A stretch of DNA of 64,000 bases. It comes from Rhizophagus irregularis. Taxonomy: Eukaryota. A program made the position numbers and the translations under genes. A model generated the notes under the pieces. That model saw only the letters and a program-made list of their open reading frames with translations. It was not told the origin of the DNA and searched no databases. Of this stretch, positions 52,970-64,000 are shown one piece after another. Numbering within the stretch: the first letter of the stretch is position 1; every line of letters begins with the position of its first letter. The DNA lies in NCBI RefSeq assembly GCF_026210795.1, contig NC_089432.1, forward strand, positions 2,790,001 to 2,854,000. The letters run 5' to 3'.

Positions 52970-54977
52970 TTTATTTTTATCAGACGTGAAAAAATACCAA
53001 AAAAAAAAAAGACGACCGCTGATGAGCCCTTTTTTTGTATGTTACACATTATGTAATTATGATGACTAATCACGGTATTGTAACGCTGTAACGCACGTGA
53101 GATCATGTAACTCACAGACCAATTAAGATTAATTTGATCGGCATTAAATATATGGTTAAAGTTGGCTGAAACAGAAATTTTAACCGATTAAACTCATCAT
53201 CTGATAATAACAATAATAACGATAGCGGGAAAATATATATGGATTGATTAATTGGATTGATAATTAAGAATATGAGGATTTATTAAAAGATTATTTCCGG
53301 AGTACAGTATTTGGAAAAGTGTGTCATAATAATTGTTACGTTGAAAATTTTGATATACTAAATTGTATTCTAATATAGTCTCAGAAATTAAATCGATTGA
53401 AGTTATTCTTCAATATCTCCGTCAGCGTTACTGATAAATAATCTCTTTATTTGATCAACTTTATTTCTAACGAAATATAATAAAAAAATAAATTTTACAA
53501 TTGTTAAATCATTATTAAATATTGTATTAAAATTTTGTAATTCCGGGTTACCGAGAAAATATACGTTTCGTTCAAATTACTTAACCAATGCACCTGTGGG
53601 CTGTGGTTTTGTTGACCGCACAAAACAGTCTATCTATTTGTTATAAAACTTACCCTTTACAATTTAATCAAAAATAGTTTCTTGAGGATTTGATGTACTA
53701 TTAAACTTACATAGTCCATACAATTTTATTGACACTTGCCAAATGTAACAAAATATAATAAATAAATTGGCAGAATGTAAATATAATCTTGGTATTAAAT
53801 TATTTGCTTCAGGAGTTATCCAGTAAATCAATACGGCTAATAACTTTAAGTTCATCATAAACTATTACTATTTACTACTATCGGTGTTGTAAATTTTTTA
53901 AAAAATATAAATACTTTCTTTTGTCACTGCAGAATAACTCTTTTATAAAATTAGATAATCTACAAGTAAAATAACGATCCCTTAACTTCTCTGCACTACA
54001 CAATATCTCTTTTCTAAGAAGAAACAGAAGAAACAATAATTTTTTTTCAGTTGCTAATAAAACAGAATAACCAAGAAGACTTTCTTTTTAAAATTAATTA
54101 ATAATTCAATATTGATCTTAATTGAATGTTTTTACATTCTAATAGTATAATAAAGTATTATCATAGGCTCTTAATCGAATCAATTAACATCGAACTTAAT
54201 CAATGGTTCGATCACAAAATATTGGCTTTGATTAAAATTGAACTATCTCTTGATCAAACAAATTTGATAATTTGATTGATCAAACTTATCCGAATTGATC
54301 GATCATGAAAATCTGGTGCATAAAAAACTAATTTTTTTTTCTAATTTCTACATAATAAAATAAATTAAAGTAAAAATTAGAAATTTTTAATAAAAGTTCA
54401 ATCATTTAAATTTAATGATCGATCAAAAATTGATTGCACGATTTTGATCGATCACGCACCTGCAAGATCGATCAAATTCCTCGATTGCAACTTTTTGATA
54501 CCCTAATCTTTAAATATTAATATGGTGCATTTTTTTGCATAAATATAAATTTATATATATATTCTGAAATTTGTTTGTAGTTTGTATAACTTTCCATTTT
54601 ATTCATTTATATTTTAAAGATTTGGCATTTTAGTTATTTATTTCTTTATGCGCCTATCAATCTTAATATCATTTTATACTTTATATAATCCTTGTTTATT
54701 TGTCATTACTCTTTTACCTGCATACTAAACATGGCCTACATTTTATGAAAAATTTTCTAATTTTTAAACGATTGGACATATTACTATTAAATTTTACGTA
54801 AAATTGTACAAAGACAAAAGATCGTCATAATTATATTACACAATAGTGTAACCCGGAAAAATATTTATTAACACTATTTCGAATGATCAACAATTAATTT
54901 TAGGTTTCCATAATTCCATAAAGAGTTTTTTTTTAACCATTTTTGTCGACAATTTTTTTTGTTTACTTAATAGCGCT

Positions 54978-57108
54978 ATGTCTAATAATAACAATATTAA
55001 CATTAACGAAATACAAAGTGAAGAAAATATAAAAGAATGTATTAATTGGATTGAAGAAGCTCTTACTAAGGAATATTTTAAATACTACGAATTCGAAAAT
55101 TTTAAACATATTCAAGAAATTGGTTCCGGAACATTTGGAAAAGTTTACCGTGCAAATTGGAAAAATTTTGAACATTATTTAGCGTTAAAATCTTTTTTTA
55201 AGCCCAGTAATATCACCATAAAAGAAATTGTTAATGAGGTAAATTTATTGAAATACATAAAATAAAATATTTTATCTTTTCTTAATAATAATTATTATAC
55301 ATTCACAATTTAGCTTAAACTTCAACGAGATGTAAATTTTCATGCCAATATTATTCGATATTACGGAATTACAAAACTTGAATCAGGTATTTGATAAAAT
55401 ATTTAATAATTATAATTAAATTATATTAATTTAAACTTTTTTTTTTTTGCAAAATCTAACAAAAATTTTATTTCCCTTTTTTTTTGTTAGAAAATAAAAT
55501 TGATCAAACAAAAAATTATTTGTTGGTTATGGAATGCGCAGATGGTGGTACTCTTCGAGATTATTTGAAAAATAACTTTAATAGACTTACCTGGAAACAT
55601 AAATATAACTTGGCTTACCAATTAGCTTGTTCTGTATCATTTCTGCATGATGAAGGGATTGTTCACCGAGACTTGGTAATCTTTTTATTTAATATAAAAC
55701 GATAATATGTTTATTTCATAAAAGCTAATTTGCCTTTATTTGTACTAGCATTCCTGTAATGTGTTGGTTCATCAGAATTCCATCAAGTTGGCGGACTTTG
55801 GGCTATCAAAAAGGATTGACGAGGCATCTAATTCAAAATCAAAATTACTTGGTATGGTGCCCTATATTGATCCAAAAATATTATTGTTCAACAATTTAAA
55901 ATTAAATGAGAAGAGCGATGTATATAGTATTGGCGTATTGTTATGGGAAATATCAAGTGGGAACCCACCATTTCATGAAGAATCAAATAAGTCTAGTTTA
56001 ATGTATGAAATTTTGTATGGTCGAAGAGAAAAGATTATTCCTAATACTCTTAATGATTATTCTAATCTCTATACTGGTAAATATAATTTCAATATATTAA
56101 ATATAACATTTTTTCTTACTATTCATCAAAATAATTATTTAGTCAAATTATTATTATTAATTATTAGAATGTTGGAAAGGTAAACCAAACAATCGACCAT
56201 TCATGCATGAAGTTGTTGATAGGTTAGAAAATTTTATTTCAAATTTAAATAGTGATATTTCATCCGAGAATTCAAGCATAATAGTTAATGAAATAATTGA
56301 TCTCATTTTTAAGGAAGTTAATAAAAGAAATGTGTCAAAACCACATGTTCTTGATTATATTACTAATCATAGTATAAATTCAAAAGAAATTTATAATAGG
56401 TTATTAAATAATCAAAATACTCCGAATTTCATTTTTTTACTTGGATATTTTAATTATGTAGGAATTGAAACAATTAAGAATCATGAAAAAGCATTTAATT
56501 TATTTATAAATGCATCTGAAGAGGGTCATATGTTAGCAAAATATTTGGTTGGACATTGTTATGAATTTGGAGATGGAATTATAAGAAATGATAAGCTTGC
56601 TTTTGAAAATTATGAAAAATTGGCTAATAAAGATTATGCAATAGGACAATTTAAATTAGGTTGGTTTTACAAAAATGGATTAAGTGTTAAAAAAGATTCA
56701 AAATTAGCTGTATATTGGTATGAAAAAGCTGCAAATAATGGAAATTTGATAGCTATGTCTAATCTTGGCCATTCATATAAAGATGGAAATGGTGTTAATA
56801 AAGATAACCAAAAAGCTTTTGAATTATTTAAAAAATCAGCTGAAGGAGAATTTTCAGGTGGAATAATGATGTTAGGATATTGTTATGAACTTGGTATTGG
56901 AATTGATATTGATAAGCAAAAAGCAGCTGAATTATACCAAAAAGCTGCAAATTTAGGACATAAGGCAGCACAATATAATCTAGCATTGATGTATGAAAAA
57001 GGAAACAGTATTGAAAAAGATTTGAATAAAGCAATTTATTGGTATGAAAAATCTGCTAATCAAGGAGATAAAGATGCTCAAAATAAATTAAACATACTCA
57101 AAATTTAG
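54978..57108 (+). CDS. TKL kinase plus Sel1-like repeats (tandem copy 1)
   Basis: GSGTFGKVY, ALK, HRDL|HSCN, ADFG; Sel1 repeats in the last exon. Confidence 0.88.
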
Positions 57109-58103
57109 AAACAATTTATGTAGATTATTTAAAAAATATGTTCGTTTTATTTACATAGAAAAGTAACATTCCAAATTTGTAGTATTGTTTTTTAACAAAA
57201 ATTATGGTTTAAATCTTGTATAATAAATGATTAATTTTTTTGTTAAAACGTTAAAATATTTATGATGACTCTAAAGAAATAAGTGATAGAACATTAGTAA
57301 AGGCAAATTACCAAAATTAAACTTATTTGTTTTGTATTGCTATTCGTCAATGGTTAATTCTACAAGAGCAATTGGCTAGTTTTTTTTTGAGCTAAAAGCT
57401 GTTTCTTGAGGACTTGAATTATCATTACTAAACTTATGCAGTCTATATAATTATAACTAAAAAGTTGTACAATGCCAAGCAAATGTAGCAAAAATAATAA
57501 AAGAATTAATTGAATTTGCAGAATGTAACATAGTTCTGGCATTAAATTATTTGCTTCAGGAGTTATCCAACTGAACATGGCTAATACTAACCTTAAGTCC
57601 ATCATAAACTATTACTGCTATCCGGTGTGGAAGATTTTTTTTTAAAAAAAAATAAATAGTATTTCTTTGTCTCTCTCGTTTTCCTCATAATTCTATTAAT
57701 TTAAAATAATCACCGCTAGATAATCTACAAGTCATACAATGACCCCTTAATTTCTCAACCAAGAAGAAGCAGAAGAAACAACAAATTTTCTTCAGTGCTA
57801 ATAAAAAGAGAATAGCCAAGTCGTTAAATTATCTTTTTAAAAATTAATCAATACCGACAGTTTATTATGCAACTATCAGAGAATTCTTATCTTAAAAGTA
57901 TATTGTATATGCTTCATATAGTCTTTATTTAGTATTCGTCCTTACTATTTTTTGCATGCTACACGAGATACATATTTTTGCGAAATTATTTCTAATTTTT
58001 CAAATGATTCTGGCCGCTTTTCCAACTTTTACATAAAGGTATAGTTAAAATGCATAACAACGTTTTTATTTTTATTAATGGTTATCAAAATATACAGTAG
58101 TTA

Positions 58104-58491
58104 TTGAGTATGATATATACCTCCGATGGTTGTATAGTAGTATAGTGTAAAAAAACTATACTGTATAAATAAAAGCTATATACCGTATATAAATCGTATA
58201 AATAAAAAATTTTATCAGTCATTTACTAATTGGTGATTTATGTTATACAAACAGTTACTAAGCTGTATAAAAAAATGTAAGCCTGATAAAACAGTTACGG
58301 CACACGTGACCTCATAACTGCGGCACTATCGTGCCGAGTAACTATTAAATACTGTATAGATAAAAAATTATACTGTATGGATAAAAAATTATACTGTATG
58401 GATAAAAAATTATACTGTATAGATAAAAACTATACTGTATAGATTTTTGTCAACTATACTATACAACATCGGAGGTATATATCATACTCAA
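58104..58491. mobile_element. MITE with TA flanks and internal 21-bp tandem repeat
   Basis: TTGAGTATGATATATACCTCCGATG / CATCGGAGGTATATATCATACTCAA; GATAAAAAATTATACTGTAT x4. Confidence 0.85.
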
Positions 58492-58673
58492 TATCGTTTA
58501 ACCGTATCAAAATGCATAACGATAAGATTGTATTGTGTAACTGGAAAATTATTAATAAACACTATTTCGGATAATCATCAAATAATTTTAGGTTTGTTAC
58601 GTGACAATCTTATTTATACACAAGGGGTTTTTTTTCCGATTATTTCTGTCAACAAATTTTACTTCATTACACC

Positions 58674-60953
58674 ATGTCTAATAATAACAATATTAACGAA
58701 ATACAAAATAAAGAAAATACAAATGAATGGATCAATTAGATTGAAGAAGCTCTTACTAAAGAATATTTAAAATATTACGAATTTGAAAATTTTAAAAATA
58801 TTCAAGAAATTGGTTCCGGAGCATTTGGAAAAGTTTTCCGTGCAAATTGGAAAAATTTTGAACATTATTTAGCGCTAAAATCCTTTTTTAATCTTAATAA
58901 CATTACCGTAAAAGAAATTGTTAATGAGGTAATTTCTATTTGAATTTGCAATATTCTTCAATAATAATAATTTATTTTTGCGTATTATTTTTATATTTAT
59001 TGTTTTTTTTTTTATAATACATTCATAATTTAGCTTAAACTACAACGAGATGTAGATTTTCATGGCAATATTATTCGCTTTTATGGAATTACAAAATTTG
59101 AGTCAGGTATTGATAAATTATTAAAATAAAATTTATTTAATTAAATTTATTTTTTCTTTTTTTTGCAAAAACTAATAAAACTTTGTTTCTTTTTTTTGTT
59201 AGAAAATAAAATCGACCAAACAAAAAATTATTTGTTGGTAATGGAATACGCAAACGGTGGTACTCTTCGAGATTATTTGAAAAATAATTTTAATAGACTT
59301 ACTTGGACCGATAAATATAATTTGGCTTATCAATTAGCTTGTTCTGTATCATGTCTACATGACGAAGGGATCGTTCACCGAGACCTGGTAATCTTTTTTC
59401 TTAATATAAAATAATAATATGGTTATCATAGAAGCTAACAAGCCTTCATTTGTATAGCATTCCTGTAATGTGTTGGTTCATCAGAATTCTATCAGGTTGG
59501 CGGACTTTGGGTTATCTAAAAGGATCGACGAAGCATCTAGAACACGTTCAAAATTACTTGGTATGGTTCCCTATATTGATCCAAAAGTATTAATGAACAA
59601 CAATCTAAAATTAAATGAGAAAAGTGATGTGTATAGTATTGGCGTATTGTTATGGGAAATATCAAGTGGGAACCCACCATTTTATGAAGAGTCAAATAAG
59701 ATTGGTCTAATCTACGAAATTTCACAAAATCGAAGGGAAGAAATTATTCCTAATACTCCCAATGATTATTCTAATCTCTATACTGGTAAATATAATTTCA
59801 ATATATTAAATACTGTATAAACATTTTCAAAATAATTGTTTGATTAAATAAATATTATTAATTATTAGGGTGCTGGAATGGTGAACCAATCAATCGACCA
59901 AATATACATGAAGTTGTTAATAGGCTAAAATTCATTTCAAATTCTAGTAATAGTGTAACAACTTGTCAACAGAATGATATATCTAACCAAACTAATTCCA
60001 AGTTAAGTGAAATTCTAACTCCTAGTAGTACTATAATTTCATTACATGGAGAATTATCTCAAATGATCGAAAGTTTTAATAATATGAATACAAATGAAAT
60101 AGATATGATGACTAGTACAATTAAGCAAATTAATGATAATGTTTCATCTGAAAATTTAAGCATAATAGTTGACGAAATAGTTGATCTCATTTTTAAGGTG
60201 GGTAATAAGTGGAATGTGGTAGAACAGCATGTTCTTAATTATCTTAATAATCATAATATAAATTCAAAAGAAATTTATAATTGGTTATTAGATAATCAAA
60301 ATATTTCAAATTTCATATTTTTACTTGGGTTTTTTTATTATGCTGGAATTGAAACGATTAGGAATCATGAAAAAGCATTTAATTTATTTATAAATGCATC
60401 TGAAGAGGGTCATATATTAGCACAATATTTGGTTGGACATTGTTATGAATTTGGGGATGGAATTATAAGAAATGATAATCTTGCTTTTGAAAATTATGAA
60501 AAATTGGCTAATAAAGATTACGCAATAGGACAATTTAAATTAGGTTGGTTTTATGATAATGGATTATATGTTAAGAAGGATCCAAAATTAGCAGCATATT
60601 GGTTTGAAAAAGCTGTAAAAAATGGAAATTTGGTAGCTATGTTTAATCTTGGCATTTTGTATATAAATGGAAATGGTGTCGATGAAAATCATCAAAAAGC
60701 TTTTGAACTATTCAAACAATCAGCTGAAGGAGAAGATTTAGATGGAATCATGTTGTTAGGAGATTGTTATAATGATGGAATTGGAATTAATATTGATAAG
60801 CGAAAGGCAGCTGAATTATATCAGAAGGCTGCAAATTTAGGACATAAAGTAGCTCAATATAATCTTGCTACAATGTATGAAAAAGGAGGCGGCATTGAAA
60901 AGGATTTAGATAAAGCAATTTACTGGTATGAGCAATCTACTAAACATATATGA
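58674..60953 (+). pseudogene. TKL kinase plus Sel1-like repeats (tandem copy 2) with premature stop
   Basis: In-frame TAG at 58737-58739 where copy 1 has TGG (WINW); otherwise collinear with 54978-57108. Confidence 0.8.
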
Positions 60954-61814
60954 AGATTAAGGAATTATAAGAAAAGTTAGAACCGAGTTATATAAACTTA
61001 TTTTTGGTCTATCTATGAATTGTATCATTTTAATAGAAATATAATTTTTTATTTATTTAAATTATTTATGTAGCATTGGGTTTTTGTTTACAACAAAATC
61101 ATTGTAATTTATAATATTTATAATAAATGATTAAATTTCTGTTTAATGTTTAAAATTGTTGTGCAATTTAAAAGAAAATGACAGAATGATAATGTTCTAA
61201 CCTAAAATTAAAAATGAATAAACCAACAAATTTTATAAATTACCGTAACAATTACATTATCCTAAACACAAGTTATATAAAATTAAAATCTAAAGTATAA
61301 TAACCATTAGTAACAAAATCTAAACTTCATTACTTTGTATATATATAATATCCATCACTAAATTATCAGGTAGTACAATGACCATCCTGGTCAAAATTGT
61401 AAATTTTACGCATAAAATTAACGAAAATACAGTATGTCAATAACTATAGTAACGAAACAAAAATTGATGGGTCATGTAATGGCGAATCATCCACTCCGAA
61501 ACTTTTATAATAGCGGAAGAATAAATTAGATAGTTTTAGGTAGCTTGATTAGTTATAGGGCTAATTATAAATTTTATATTTATTTTTTTTTATTTTTTTT
61601 CTATGTATTTTTGAAAATCATGTAATCTATTTGATTTAAATAATTAATTGCATATTTTTATTCTCGTACTTTAACATTTTAAAGCATCAATGAGAAATCA
61701 AATGATAATGATATTACAAAATACCAATATATGAAAATTTTGATATTTCTGAAATGAAAACTTTATTAATAATATGTAATTTAACATTTTTATATTAGGT
61801 GATAAATTTATATA

Positions 61815-61919
61815 ATCAGTTCTGGTCTGGACCGGTCCCCAAATTTTGGACCAAAGACCATGAGTACTGGTCCCAAGACCGATATAGGACTGGTCTTTGC
61901 TGGGACTGATCCAACCCTA
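61815..61919. mobile_element. hAT-type MITE end remnant
   Basis: GGACC/GGTCC repeats ending CCAACCCTA, similar in style to 3307-4023. Confidence 0.45.
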
Positions 61920-63351
61920 GTTGTGATGGAAACTACAATCAAAAATATGCTATAATTTTCTTATAAATTTTTCATATTTATCATAAATTTTTCATCTATA
62001 ATGTTTAGTTGATTAGATTTCTAAATAAACAATGTTCATACAGCAAATTTATTATTAAAATGCAAAAGCATCTTAAAACATTAAGCAGAATAAACAAATT
62101 TTAATTAACAAAAAATTTAAGATAATGAAATTTTATTTATAAATAACATTCCCATTGGAAATACTAAAACTAAAGATTAGATCCAGTATTTAATATTCAG
62201 ATTTAAATCCAAATATCAAAAGAAATCAGATATAATAAATCTGGATGGAAAAAAGGAAACCAGATTTATCATATCTAACTAAAACTAATTTGATTTTATA
62301 TCTAAATATAAGTTTCTTTCAGATTCACATTTAAAATTTTTAATTTTCCTCTTCTTTTTATTAATTAATCTTCTAATATTTCTACAATACATTAGAATTC
62401 TTTGAATATAATAATTTTATTTATGTTCAGTGTTAAAAAGTCAAAAAATGAAACTGGTAAAAAATATTTGGAAAAAAATTTTAAGGGGAAAGGGGCTCAA
62501 AAAAGGTGGTAAATTAATAAGAAAATGTTGGATCATCGATTCAAAGACATAATATTGTTGTACAGGTTCTTTCTTTAATTAAATAATACGTTGAGATATA
62601 TCATATGGCCTCATGTCATGTTGTACCGATATACATCTCTAGTAATGATTTGCTGAGTTGCTAATGTAAAAATTTTTTTTTTTTTCCCTAAAATAAATTA
62701 CTATGATATTATTTGGGTTTTTTGTTTTGTAAAATTAATAAGCATATAAATATTGCATTATTTCAACAATTAAAAGTATTTTATTAGATGTTACAGATGA
62801 CCAATAAATTTATAATTTGTGTAACTTATCATGCATTATTGACGTCTCACAATAAACACTTGATTTCTAGAGTGATCGGTTATTTATAAATATGGTAAAT
62901 AATTTATAAACAGAATGAATAATTTATATAAGATACATAATTATTTGAAATATTTTTTTCTCTAAAATTTGAAATTAATGCTAATGTATAGATTTTTCTA
63001 ATATAAATTGTATTATGTGTTAATATTTAATATAACAAATATTCAAAATATTCAAAAGCAACATTTATTTCAATCATTATCCATGTTTATATACTATATA
63101 ATTTAATAATGAAATATGTAATAATTAAATTTTGTAAAGACTGTTAGCTATTTTTATTTTTTTTATTTATTTATTTATTTGTTTTTTTTTTCTTTCTGTG
63201 ATCAATTATTAGAAATTATCACACAGCTAATTTGACAAATCTGAATAAATTTTAAAAAAAATTTCTAATTTACATACAAAATTATCTTGACCTTTATATA
63301 GAAATTTTTTATGACTATTACATAATTTTTGTTACATATAATATATAAAAT

Positions 63352-64000
63352 AGAAAATTGCTAACCGTCGCCTGGGCCTGGGACCTCGATCACGTGACAG
63401 ATTTAATATTTTTGATTGGCCAGATTGGCCACATGATCGCGTCATGTTTATTTGTTTATCGAATCTCGTTTTTCAGTTTTTTCGGTCTGTTTTTTCGGTC
63501 TCAAGGTATTTTTCTTTTCTTTTATTTTTATTTCTAACTTACATTCTGGTTTCTTACTACTCTGTTTCATTATTTTTAGGTCCTTTAGTCCTTCCGGTTC
63601 TGTAATTAAGGTTCAGTTGTTTTTCACTTTACGTTTCGTTTCTTTATTTTTTATTATTTTTATTTTGTTTCTGTTTCATATTTCGGTTTTCAACGATTTT
63701 ATTTAGATATTTTAGTTCTTTCGGTTCTACAATTAATAATGGTATGTTTTTTTATTTTATTTTTTTATTTTTTTTATTTCGTTTCTATCTTATATTTCGT
63801 TCCTTACTAAACTTCAATTTTTTTTACTTTATCTGTTATGGTTTTATTTTTTACTTGGTTTCATCATTACCCAACCTCCTATCATGATCATTTTAATTTT
63901 TTATTTTTTGTATTACTTCTCATTATTCCATCCTTTCGTCTCCCATTATTTTCTATTACAACTTTTCATTTTCTATTATCTCTATCTTTTTCTCTCCTGT
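63352..64000. mobile_element. Inverted second copy of the 28854-29921 element, running off the window
   Basis: AATTGCTAACCGTCGCCTGGG..GATCACGTGACAGATTTAATATTTTTGATTGGCCAGATTGG is the reverse complement of 29840-29918; collinear to about 29280. Confidence 0.9.

Noticed and set aside
54164..54505. hAT-like element with GATCGATC repeats ending GATACCCTA
   Set aside because: Left TIR and TSD do not match; probably a relic, but boundaries are unsupported

Overview
Very AT-rich eukaryotic DNA with short GT-AG introns. The gene content (tyrosine-kinase-like [TKL] kinases, kinase-Sel1 fusions, BTB-BACK, F-box/LRR-like and Crinkler-like genes) suggests an arbuscular mycorrhizal fungus (Glomeromycota, Rhizophagus-like); this is an inference. 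The window holds one housekeeping gene (NAD-dependent glycerol-3-phosphate dehydrogenase), about nine kinase genes or pseudogenes, and many non-autonomous DNA transposons with readable target-site duplications (TSDs). There are two standout findings. (1) The apparent AT-rich satellite at 33.3-36.4 kb is a chain of introns separating 30 consecutive 3-nt micro-exons plus one 1-nt exon. Spliced in silico, they form a stop-free frame joining an upstream ATG to an intact TKL kinase. (2) An intact BTB-BACK gene has a C-terminus of duplicated RG/RGG exons, a GW/WG repeat resembling an Argonaute hook, and a basic NLS-like tail. All gene models were spliced by eye and need RNA support.
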